This document shows positions 37,297-45,093 of a stretch of 64,000 bases of DNA, piece after piece. The DNA is from Nanobdellota archaeon (lineage in GTDB: Archaea; Nanobdellota; Nanobdellia; Pacearchaeales; GW2011-AR1). Where the stretch lies: NCBI GenBank assembly GCA_038045945.1, contig JBBSXC010000003.1, forward strand, positions 123,975 to 187,974, given 5' to 3'. Position 1 is the stretch's first letter. Every line of letters starts with the position of its first letter. The notes under the pieces were generated by a model. It saw only the letters and a program-made list of their open reading frames with translations, was not told the origin of the DNA and did not search any database. The position numbers and the translations under genes were made by a program.

Positions 37297-37776
37297 ATGA
37301 ATAAGACGCTTGTATTAAGCATCATAATCCTTCTATTAGCTTCAGCAAGTGTTTCTGCCATTTCCTTTTCTCAGTCCTATAATCAAGACTTAGTTAGAGT
37401 TAAAGAAAAGTGGTCTTACCAGGAGGATACTACTGGTAAACTTAGAGGTTTCAACCTCATTCACACTTTTTCTGTCCCTAGAGAAAGAATGGAAGTAACA
37501 ATCAAGGATAACACTAACACTCAAACAACAAGCTTCAGCAGTTCTGGAAGCGGGCACATTAGCCTGGGTTCTTTTGGAAACATTCAAAGTTCCAGCCAGG
37601 CATTATCAAACGGTTTTAGCACAGGAATTGTTGGTAGCAGTAATTTTGGAAGAGTTGGCGGAAATTTTGGTAGTGATGACGGACTAAACCAAGCTTTTGG
37701 CACCTTCAGACAAAACAACAGAGTAGCAGTAACACCAAGATACTCAAGCGGACGCTTCGTAATAGGATACTACTAA
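37297..37776 (+). CDS. secreted S/G-rich hypothetical protein
   Basis: Signal peptide MNKTLVLSIIILLLASASVSA at the ATG at 37297 (the track start is GTG at 37249). Confidence 0.5.
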   Translation: MNKTLVLSIIILLLASASVSAISFSQSYNQDLVRVKEKWSYQEDTTGKLRGFNLIHTFSVPRERMEVTIKDNTNTQTTSFSSSGSGHISLGSFGNIQSSSQALSNGFSTGIVGSSNFGRVGGNFGSDDGLNQAFGTFRQNNRVAVTPRYSSGRFVIGYY

Positions 37777-37780
37777 AAAA

Positions 37781-38092
37781 ATGAGCGGAACATTAACAAT
37801 TTATACTAGGGCACAAGCCGAAAGGTTAGCTGAAGAAAGAAGATTTGGTCTAGTAGCAAAAACTGATGATGAACTAAAAGACTTATTTCATCAAGGCAGA
37901 GAAAGAGGGGTAACAGGGCCTTGGGGGATACTATCAGCACCACAAGAATTTTATGATGGAATGGCAGCAGCAAAAATATTAGTTGACAGACACGGAGAAG
38001 ATTACGTTCTAGGACTTGAGGGAAGAAGAAAACCTAAGACGATAACAGAAAAAGTTGTTTATGTACTATTTAACCATTTACCAAAAATATAG
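37781..38092 (+). CDS. hypothetical protein
   Basis: 103-aa ORF 4 nt after the previous stop. Confidence 0.5.
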   Translation: MSGTLTIYTRAQAERLAEERRFGLVAKTDDELKDLFHQGRERGVTGPWGILSAPQEFYDGMAAAKILVDRHGEDYVLGLEGRRKPKTITEKVVYVLFNHLPKI

Positions 38093-38100
38093 TATTCCAA

Positions 38101-38859
38101 CTATTTTGTCAAGACACTTTCCAATTCACTTATCACTTCTAACATTTCTGAACCATCCTGGTAGCGATTCGAAGGTTTTTCTGAAGTTGCTTTATCAATA
38201 ACATTTTTTGTTTTATTATCACGATCTTGAAAATATGGCGAACGAGACATAAAATCTAAAACTTTTCCTAACTGATAAATATCATAAGAAAAAGAGATAT
38301 TATCACTAGACTTGTACTCTGGCGCAGTATCATTAAGATCTAAACGTTCACGACCAGAATAAGGCCTCCTAGATGCGTCATAATCAAACATTTTTACAGT
38401 AATAATAGGAGCCATATGAACAAAAACATTCGGCCTTCTAACATCATGATGAACAAAACCAGCATTATGAAAAAATGCTAAAGATGAAGAAATACCCTTA
38501 GCTATTTCTATAACTGTGGGAGTATTCAAGAAACATCCAAATTTTGTCATATCATAAAGAGTGTTTAAGTAAGTATAATCATAAATTTCTTCAAGTTGTC
38601 CACTTTCATTAACACTAAAATCTAAAGGAACTAAAACTCCAGGATTAGGATCACCCATTATAAGCCCCAAGAGATCTATTTGGTCTTGGTGAGCTTTCAC
38701 TAATCCTCGTTTAACAACAATACCCCCACCGCCAGGCTTCTTACAAATATAAACCTCTGTAGCTTTACCAGTTTTTACTCTGCGACTAACAATAACCTCT
38801 CCAAACCTACCAGCAGTAATCTTTTCTTCAGGTTGAAGTCCAAACTCATCAAAAACCAT
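38101..38859 (-). CDS. Hanks-type Ser/Thr protein kinase-like protein
   Basis: Gly loop GRFGEV, EVYICKK lysine, catalytic loop HHDVRRPN, DYD in place of DFG, and APE (TAPEYKS). Confidence 0.7.
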   Translation of the reverse strand: MVFDEFGLQPEEKITAGRFGEVIVSRRVKTGKATEVYICKKPGGGGIVVKRGLVKAHQDQIDLLGLIMGDPNPGVLVPLDFSVNESGQLEEIYDYTYLNTLYDMTKFGCFLNTPTVIEIAKGISSSLAFFHNAGFVHHDVRRPNVFVHMAPIITVKMFDYDASRRPYSGRERLDLNDTAPEYKSSDNISFSYDIYQLGKVLDFMSRSPYFQDRDNKTKNVIDKATSEKPSNRYQDGSEMLEVISELESVLTK

Positions 38860-38911
38860 AAAAAACACCCTCAAAAACACTATTAAAATATAATGTCAGT
38901 CGAATGCAAAA

Positions 38912-38920
38912 CCTTAAAAG
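38912..38920 (+). promoter_or_regulatory. TATA box CCTTAAAAG for the SRP RNA
   Basis: Lies 23-31 nt upstream of the first base of the predicted terminal helix (38943). Confidence 0.5.
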
Positions 38921-38942
38921 TCTTAATTACTTCATCATTTTC

Positions 38943-39201
38943 GTGGACCGAGCCGGCGCGTTAGCCCTGCGCCAATTGCAAGCGGGCTTTAGGCAGGCTT
39001 AAAGGAGCCAGTGAAATAATTGCTAAAGAATCTCAAGATGGACGACGACGTTTTGTCCTACTGGATCTTGCTTTTGCAAAACGGGTCAGGCCTTGATCGG
39101 AGCAGCCCTAAACATTCGCGTAGATGCTTGTGGGGTAGCAGAACTGAGGAAGTTTTGAGGTAATTCTTTAATAATTATTAAGCAAACTCCCCGGTCCGCA
39201 C
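38943..39201 (+). ncRNA. signal recognition particle RNA (7S/SRP RNA)
   Basis: A GC-rich island in AT-rich DNA. GGGTCAGGCCTTGATCGGAGCAGCCCTAA (39082-39110) matches the conserved helix-8 core GGUCAGGnCCGGAAGGnAGCAGCC. The 5' GTGGACCG pairs with the 3' CGGTCCGCAC. A T-run follows. Confidence 0.7.
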
Positions 39202-39278
39202 TTCTATAAATCTTAAAAAAAAACTTATGGCTTTTTTAGGCATAAAAAAATTTTCTTGAATTTCAGAAGCTTTAAAAG

Positions 39279-39303
39279 GGGAGATTTCGCAAGTAAATCT
39301 CCC
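39279..39303 (+). promoter_or_regulatory. perfect 9-bp inverted repeat GGGAGATTT-N7-AAATCTCCC between the TATA box and ATG of CDS 39319
   Basis: Seen directly. AAGCTTTAAAA lies at 39268-39278, immediately upstream. Confidence 0.6.
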
Positions 39304-39318
39304 AAAAGGAACAAAAAA

Positions 39319-39672
39319 ATGACAACGATTAAAGGATACTTAGGATGCGGAATATCAAGGTATAATGCAGCAGGAATAGCAGTTAGTCACAACTTTAGAG
39401 AAGAATCATTCTTAGAAGGATTGCTATTAAGAAATGATGAAGCAAAACAAGAACACGGGCCAGTAATGTACGATGTCTATATTAGTAAAACAAGACATGA
39501 AGTGCCAGAAAGACTAGTGGAAGCAGGAGTTTGTAGCTTGTCAAGACTAGGAAAACTATCAGAATTAACAAAAAGACTACCAGACCACCATGTAAAGATG
39601 CCAAAAGAAGTAAGACTAATAAGAGATATAGAAAAGCCTAGAAGAGTAAAAATATACATGAGCAAAGACTAA
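39319..39672 (+). CDS. hypothetical protein
   Basis: ATG at 39319 (the track start at 39256 is TTG and would cover the promoter and hairpin). Confidence 0.5.
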   Translation: MTTIKGYLGCGISRYNAAGIAVSHNFREESFLEGLLLRNDEAKQEHGPVMYDVYISKTRHEVPERLVEAGVCSLSRLGKLSELTKRLPDHHVKMPKEVRLIRDIEKPRRVKIYMSKD

Positions 39673-39717
39673 CACTTCTTGAAAAGATTTAATAACCTAA
39701 GAACTATTATTTAATTA

Positions 39718-39996
39718 ATGAGTTTAGAAAAGAGGTTTGGAAGCGAATTAAAGATTAATGAAGGAGACTTAGCAATTCTAGAAATGAATGACGGATCAAT
39801 AATACTTGGGAGATATAGATCAGAAGATAAGTCTAGAAGGCAAGACAACATGTACGTGGATAGTATCGTAATAAAAGATGGAGAAAGAAATCGTTATAAC
39901 AGACTTCAAGACTGTAAAAGGTTAAGAGTTAGAGAAGTTGAATCAATAACGATGCTTTCTGAAAGCACGACCTACACGCCAAGAGTTAGAGGATGA
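39718..39996 (+). CDS. hypothetical small protein (weakly Sm-like)
   Basis: 92 aa. LAILEMNDGSIILGRYRSED faintly resembles an Sm1 motif. The Sm assignment is low confidence. Confidence 0.45.
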   Translation: MSLEKRFGSELKINEGDLAILEMNDGSIILGRYRSEDKSRRQDNMYVDSIVIKDGERNRYNRLQDCKRLRVREVESITMLSESTTYTPRVRG

Positions 39997-40029
39997 AACA
40001 TTTATAACTAATTCTTTACTAATTTATTA

Positions 40030-40599
40030 ATGATGAAGAGGTGGAGTTACGCAAACAAGAGAGGACAATTCTTTCTGCTAGCAGCAGTAATAATAATTAC
40101 AGGAATAGTCGCAATAGCATCAATAAAAACATTTGTTAGCGAACCAGCAAGCAACACTCAAGAAAGAGTATACGACTTATCACAAGAATTAGGTTACGAA
40201 AGCGCAAAAGTCATAGATTACGGAGTGTACAACGGAGCATACACAGAAACACTCATGAATTCCTGGATAGAAACATACACAAACTACACTAGAGACAGGG
40301 AAGGAATAACAGAATGGTTATTCGTTTACGGAAACTCCAGCGAAATAAAAATAATAAACTTCACAGCCCAAGAAAAAGGAGAAGTAAACCTGAACTTAGG
40401 TGATGAAAGAATAGCATCAAAAGCAAAAAAAGAATTAAAAAGAGGAGATGAGAAGAAAACACCAACAGGGAAAATAGTAAGCGTTAAAGACACATTAGGA
40501 ATTGAAAGAGAATTCACACTAACACAAGGAGAAAACTTTTATTTTGTAGTAGCAAAAATAGATAAAGAGGGAACAGTAATAAACCAAAAGGACAAATGA
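40030..40599 (+). CDS. type IV pilin-like protein (class III signal peptide)
   Basis: MMKRWSYANKRGQ-FFLLAAVIIITGIVAIASI: basic K-R-G-Q followed by a hydrophobic helix. Confidence 0.65.
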   Translation: MMKRWSYANKRGQFFLLAAVIIITGIVAIASIKTFVSEPASNTQERVYDLSQELGYESAKVIDYGVYNGAYTETLMNSWIETYTNYTRDREGITEWLFVYGNSSEIKIINFTAQEKGEVNLNLGDERIASKAKKELKRGDEKKTPTGKIVSVKDTLGIEREFTLTQGENFYFVVAKIDKEGTVINQKDK

Positions 40600-41126
40600 T
40601 AAAAAATAACCTAAAGGTCATGAACAAAAAAGGGCTGAGCGAAGTTGTAGGATACGTACTACTAATAGCAATAGCAATATCACTAAGCATAGTAGTATAC
40701 TCATTCATGAAAAGTTATGTGCCAAAAGAATCAACAAGCGATTGCCCAAGCGGAACAAGCATGATAATAGCAGACTATAAGTGCGACACAACAAAAAAAG
40801 TGTTAAATTTAACATTACAAAACAAAGGACTCTTCGACATTGATGGATTCATAATAAGAATATCAGTAGTTGATGATGGAGAAAACATACCAAGTAAAGA
40901 ATTATCATACAATAACGGAACAGAAAACGTAAAAACATCAGTAATGTATTTTGATACATTATCAGACTTAACACTACACCCATCACAAAAATTTAATAGG
41001 TTATACAACTACTCAGAATACGCAAACATTAACAAAATACAAATAATACCACTAAAACTTTACAAAGGAGAAAACCTACTTTGTGGAGGAGCGCAAATAA
41101 TGCAAAACATGGAAGGATGCCAATAA
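40596..41126 (+). CDS. archaeal type IV pilin (Pilin_N/flagellin-N-like N-terminus)
   Basis: NKKG-LSEVVGYVLLIAIAISLSIVVY. ATGA overlap with the previous gene. Confidence 0.75.
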   Translation: MIKNNLKVMNKKGLSEVVGYVLLIAIAISLSIVVYSFMKSYVPKESTSDCPSGTSMIIADYKCDTTKKVLNLTLQNKGLFDIDGFIIRISVVDDGENIPSKELSYNNGTENVKTSVMYFDTLSDLTLHPSQKFNRLYNYSEYANINKIQIIPLKLYKGENLLCGGAQIMQNMEGCQ

Positions 41127-41163
41127 AAAGAGTTATAAAACAAGAAACATTAACAAAAAAGTC

Positions 41164-41580
41164 ATGATGAACAACAAAAGGGGTATAACACCAGTCATAG
41201 CAACAATTCTACTAATAGCAATAGTAGTGATAGTAATAGCAATAATATTCTTTTGGAGTAAAAACTTCATTAAAGAAAGCGTGCAAAAAAAAGGACTCCC
41301 CGCAGAACAAGTATGCTCACAAATAAAACTACAAAAATCATGTTCGGACGGAACAATGACCATAGTAAACTTAGGAAACATACCAGTATACCAGTTTGAC
41401 GTGAAGAAAAACTTAGGAAGTAAAACAATAATACAACACTCAGAAGACTCATTAGGAATAGGAGAAAGTATAGAGTTCGACATTGGAGAATGCCCTGAAA
41501 ACTACAAAATCATACCAGCAATACTTGGAGACGTAAGCGGCGGAAAAACAATCTATAGTTGCGTAAATAACGAATTCTAA
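41164..41580 (+). CDS. archaeal type IV pilin
   Basis: MMNNKRG-ITPVIATILLIAIVVIVIAIIFF matches the archaeal RG-(I/V)(S/T)PVIA pilin N-terminus. Confidence 0.8.
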   Translation: MMNNKRGITPVIATILLIAIVVIVIAIIFFWSKNFIKESVQKKGLPAEQVCSQIKLQKSCSDGTMTIVNLGNIPVYQFDVKKNLGSKTIIQHSEDSLGIGESIEFDIGECPENYKIIPAILGDVSGGKTIYSCVNNEF

Positions 41581-41675
41581 AAACCTTTATAAACATAAAA
41601 ATTTCTCTTAAAATTTTGTGGCTTAAAAATCCAAACTGCGAAGGATTTTTAAATAACACTTTAGTAATAGATAGT
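41578..41675 (+). promoter_or_regulatory. pilin promoter plus conserved structured leader (copy 1)
   Basis: TATA CTTTATAAA at 41585-41593, conserved ACATAAAAATTTCT..AAATTTTGTGGCT at 41593-41623, and a 10-bp hairpin TTAAAAATCC/GGATTTTTAA at 41623-41652. Confidence 0.65.
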
Positions 41676-42221
41676 ATGAGGATGAATAACAAAAAGGGGG
41701 TTTCGACAATAGTCACAGTTGTTCTATTGATACTAGTATCAATAACAGCAGTAGCACTAATAGCAGCATTCGTAGTACCATTCATTAAAGGAAGCTTATC
41801 AGAAAGTCAAGAATGCTTCTCAGCACTAGGAAAAGTAGAAGTAGTGCAAGGAGACTACACAGGCTACAACTCAGAAAAAGGAGAAACATACGTTAGAATA
41901 AAAAGAGGATTCTCCGAAGACATAGAAGTACAGAGTTTAGCAGTGGTACTAGCAGGCGGTGGAAAGAGTAAGAGATATGACATAACACCAAGAGATGCTA
42001 TAGCAGTAGGAAGTCCATCAGAAATAGTAGGAGAATGGGTTAATGATACGGACTCAGGATTTAGGAACAGCTTAAGCTTACCAGCAGAAGGAGAAGAAAA
42101 CACTTATGCATTCAACGTAGCAGGCGACTTAACAGAAGTTGACTCAGTACAAGTGTCTCCAGTTCTAGCAAGCGATAAGATTTGTGAAGCAACAATTGCC
42201 AAAATCCCCACTTACGCATAA
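41676..42221 (+). CDS. archaeal type IV pilin, paralogue A
   Basis: MRMNNKKG-VSTIVTVVLLILVSITAVALIAAFV. Start set to the ATG at 41676 (the track start is TTG within the leader). Confidence 0.8.
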   Translation: MRMNNKKGVSTIVTVVLLILVSITAVALIAAFVVPFIKGSLSESQECFSALGKVEVVQGDYTGYNSEKGETYVRIKRGFSEDIEVQSLAVVLAGGGKSKRYDITPRDAIAVGSPSEIVGEWVNDTDSGFRNSLSLPAEGEENTYAFNVAGDLTEVDSVQVSPVLASDKICEATIAKIPTYA

Positions 42222-42238
42222 AGAAGGAAAACAAAAAA

Positions 42239-42265
42239 TTTTTATTTTTTTATTTTAATGTTTTC
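42239..42265 (+). terminator. oligo-T terminator after pilin paralogue A
   Basis: TTTTTATTTTTTTATTTTAATGTTTTC directly after the stop. Archaeal RNAP terminates at T-runs. Confidence 0.5.
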
Positions 42266-42336
42266 TAAAAGAAAAAGAGAAGGAAGAACGATAAGAACAG
42301 ATAATTCTAATAATAGTAATTGTAAGCAAACATATC

Positions 42337-42425
42337 AAAAACCTTTATAAACATCAAAATTTCTCAAAAATTTTGTGGCTTAAAAATACAAAGGATTTTT
42401 AAATAAGTAATTAGTAATAGATAGT
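42337..42425 (+). promoter_or_regulatory. pilin promoter plus conserved structured leader (copy 2)
   Basis: TATA CTTTATAAA at 42343-42351, ACATCAAAATTTCT..AAATTTTGTGGCT at 42351-42380, and an 8-bp hairpin at 42380-42402. Confidence 0.65.
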
Positions 42426-42941
42426 ATGAGGATGAATAACAAAAAGGGGGTTTCGACAATAGTCACAGTTGTTCTATTGATACTAGTATCAATAACAGCA
42501 GTAGCACTAATAGCAGCATTCGTAGTACCATTCATTAAAGGAAGCTTAAGCCAAAGTAATGAGTGTTACGCGACTTTAGGAAAAGTTGACGTGGTGGCTG
42601 GAAGTAACACATGCTTTGATGCAACAACGAACACAGTTAGAGTTAACATAAAGAAAGGATTCGTTGAAGGGTCAGAGATAAAAGCAGTAGCAGTTGTTCT
42701 TTCAGGAGATGGTAAGAGTAAGAGATACGATGTATCAAACGGCGGCATGTCAGCAAACATAAGAGAACTGTCAGGAAGCTATAATACAGCTTTATCCTTG
42801 CCAGCAGACGGTGAATCAAACACTTACGTCTTTAATGTTACTGATGCAGGAATGACTGTTGTATATGCGGAAGTTTCTCCAATCTTATCAAGCGATAAGG
42901 TTTGTGAAGCAGCTAAAGCAGAAATCCCTACTTGCGCATAA
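42426..42941 (+). CDS. archaeal type IV pilin, paralogue B
   Basis: The first 41 codons are nucleotide-identical to paralogue A. The middle is divergent and the C-terminus is conserved (SPILSSDKVCEAAKAEIPTCA vs SPVLASDKICEATIAKIPTYA). Confidence 0.8.
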   Translation: MRMNNKKGVSTIVTVVLLILVSITAVALIAAFVVPFIKGSLSQSNECYATLGKVDVVAGSNTCFDATTNTVRVNIKKGFVEGSEIKAVAVVLSGDGKSKRYDVSNGGMSANIRELSGSYNTALSLPADGESNTYVFNVTDAGMTVVYAEVSPILSSDKVCEAAKAEIPTCA

Positions 42942-42954
42942 AGAGAACAAAAAA

Positions 42955-42996
42955 TTTTATTTTTTTATTCTTTAAAATTTTTATTTTTATATTTTT
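42955..42996 (+). terminator. oligo-T terminator after pilin paralogue B
   Basis: Several T5-T7 runs directly after the stop. Confidence 0.5.
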
Positions 42997-43029
42997 GAGG
43001 AAAATGAAAGGAATGATCTAATTGCAAAT

Positions 43030-43587
43030 ATGGAAAATAACCTAAAGGTCACAAGCAAAAAAGGACAAGTATGGATAGAAACAGTGATTTACTTACTTAT
43101 CGGCCTAGGAGTAATAGGAGTATTATTAGCATTCATAAAACCTCAAATTGACGAAGCAATTGACAAAAACATAATAGAAAAAAGCATAGACTCACTAAAC
43201 AAGATCGACTCACTAATAAGCGAAATATCATACGTACCAGGAAATTCTAGAACAATAATACTAGCACTAAAAAAAGGATCATTATTCATAAACACCACAG
43301 CAGATACCATAAAGATAACAGTACCAAACAGTAAGCACGAATACAGCGAAATAGGAAGAACAATAGAAATACCAGGAACAAGAATACAAGCATTAACAAA
43401 CAAAACAGGAGAAGTAACAACAATATCACTAGTAATGAACTATAACATAACAACAAACATAACACACAACGAAAGAGAAGAAAACGCAGAATTCAAAGCA
43501 AGCGAAACATCATACAACCTAATAGTAAGAAACCTAGGAAGCGAAAACAGAATAATAAACATAGACTTTACAATACCAGGACAATAA
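43030..43587 (+). CDS. type IV pilin-like protein (KKGQ class III signal)
   Basis: MENNLKVTSKKGQ-VWIETVIYLLIGLGVIGVLLAF. The 5' end AAAATAACCTAAAGGTCA is shared with gene 40596. Confidence 0.65.
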   Translation: MENNLKVTSKKGQVWIETVIYLLIGLGVIGVLLAFIKPQIDEAIDKNIIEKSIDSLNKIDSLISEISYVPGNSRTIILALKKGSLFINTTADTIKITVPNSKHEYSEIGRTIEIPGTRIQALTNKTGEVTTISLVMNYNITTNITHNEREENAEFKASETSYNLIVRNLGSENRIINIDFTIPGQ

Positions 43588-43594
43588 AAAAAGT

Positions 43595-43972
43595 TTAGTG
43601 AGAACCATTAGCAGTCAAATAATTAACAATATTCCAAAAACCATCATTTCTGTAAGGAACAACACCAAAATCAGCAAGAGAGAGCTTAAGAACAGGACGA
43701 TCAGAAGCAACTACTCCAGGAGGATCATCCAACCTATGAATACCACTAGGAGTAACAATAATCTGATCACCATCTAATGAATCAAGAACAAAGGTAAAAT
43801 CAGTACCACTAACATCACAATAAGCATGATAAGCCTTACTAGGAACCAAATCATCCTTTCTCAAAACTTGATTAGAAGATCTAACACGACGATCTGAAGA
43901 ATAAAGAGTAACTGCAGGAGAACCTTCTAAACAACCACAAAAATCATCCTGAAGACCAAAGCGTCTAGCCAT
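43595..43972 (-). CDS. hypothetical protein
   Basis: ATG at 43972 (MARRFGLQ...). No motif recognised. Sense strand is T/G-rich. Confidence 0.45.
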   Translation of the reverse strand: MARRFGLQDDFCGCLEGSPAVTLYSSDRRVRSSNQVLRKDDLVPSKAYHAYCDVSGTDFTFVLDSLDGDQIIVTPSGIHRLDDPPGVVASDRPVLKLSLADFGVVPYRNDGFWNIVNYLTANGSH

Positions 43973-44040
43973 TAAAAAAAATGAAATGATAATCATTTAA
44001 AGATGTCGGCAATGAAGGGCAATAATTAAAATATTGGTAT

Positions 44041-44457
44041 TTAGAACTCTCTGAACCTACAGTTTCCCGTATGTCCATAAATCTCTAAGAGCAGAGATTT
44101 GTTAGAACCAAAATGTGCTGAAAAGCTCTCTACAGTTTCCTTAAGCTTGGATTCAATTTCTTTAATTATCTCAAATCCTTGCTTAGGCTTAGCTAGATTA
44201 TTAGAAAGATGCGCAAAAGGCACGATAACAGCTTTATTTCTATTTACATCCTTACAAGTCTTAATTATCTCACTTACAATACCATCTACTGCTTTAATCC
44301 CATCTCCTTCTTCAACCGTGATAAATACAACAACACAGTCTGTACATTCTTGTTTCTCTTTTCCATTTACTTCCTCATGAAATATCTCTTTAGGCCTATT
44401 AGCCAAACTATCAAATTCAACACCGAAATTCTTAGCATTGACAATTAATGATTTCAT
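44041..44457 (-). CDS. free-standing archaeal ThrRS editing domain (tRNA-Thr_ED-like)
   Basis: DCVVVFITVEEGD, AVIVPFAHLSNNLAKP and HFG...YGH align in order with my recollection of the N-terminal editing domain of archaeal threonyl-tRNA synthetases (..CFIAVERED.., ..VVYPYAHLSSDLSSP.., ..PFG...KGH). Confidence 0.75.
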   Translation of the reverse strand: MKSLIVNAKNFGVEFDSLANRPKEIFHEEVNGKEKQECTDCVVVFITVEEGDGIKAVDGIVSEIIKTCKDVNRNKAVIVPFAHLSNNLAKPKQGFEIIKEIESKLKETVESFSAHFGSNKSLLLEIYGHTGNCRFREF

Positions 44458-45017
44458 GGCCTATTCTGTAGTTTTCTTTTCATTACTACAGGTACTGACT
44501 GTGGATCACGAATGAATGAGGCAACATCCTCTAAGAAAACCTTAGCACTGCGCGGATTTCCATCTTGATACTTAGAAAAAATCCCTCCAAAAAAAGCTTT
44601 ATGTCGGTCATCTCTTTGCAAAGTAACTTCTAATTCACGCCTAGGAGTACACCATCTTCTCATAACAAACTCTTGATAGGCCATATAATTAGTATTAGAT
44701 GGCCCATTGAATCCTCCCAAGATCACTAACACACTTGGTACATCATCATACATTTCTTGGGCCTCACAAAATTTTGCAACATCGACCTGATTACCATCAC
44801 GGCTTTTATACTCCACACCTATCTTAATAAAACGATCATTACATCCAGGGCCACAGTTGTAGTAATCAACACCCATGAGGCTAAAACCGGCTAGTATACG
44901 TTTCTCACACACAAGAGAACCTTTGCCATCTGGTTTCCACTCTTCCATCCTCTTCTCAATAATCTTAGCTAAACCACCAAGGACTTCTCTTGCGTCATTC
45001 TTTTCGTTCGTTTTCAT
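44454..45017 (-). CDS. hypothetical protein
   Basis: 187-aa ORF overlapping the downstream gene by 4 nt. Confidence 0.5.
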   Translation of the reverse strand: MKTNEKNDAREVLGGLAKIIEKRMEEWKPDGKGSLVCEKRILAGFSLMGVDYYNCGPGCNDRFIKIGVEYKSRDGNQVDVAKFCEAQEMYDDVPSVLVILGGFNGPSNTNYMAYQEFVMRRWCTPRRELEVTLQRDDRHKAFFGGIFSKYQDGNPRSAKVFLEDVASFIRDPQSVPVVMKRKLQNRP

Positions 45018-45093
45018 TACTTCCTCAAGAACACTCTATTGATTAAACTTATTACTACCTTATTTGTCAAAAGGGAAGATTTAAATACATATT

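Noticed and set aside
41616-41675. The track start (TTG) that extends pilin paralogue A by 20 codons (MWLKNPNCEGFLNNTLVIDS).
   Set aside because: It covers the conserved leader hairpin. The paralogue at 42426 starts at the equivalent ATG, and a class III signal peptide must be N-terminal.
41676-42941. A diversity-generating retroelement targeting the pilin paralogues.
   Set aside because: No reverse transcriptase ORF in the window, and the differences between the two copies are not restricted to adenine positions. The divergence includes indels.
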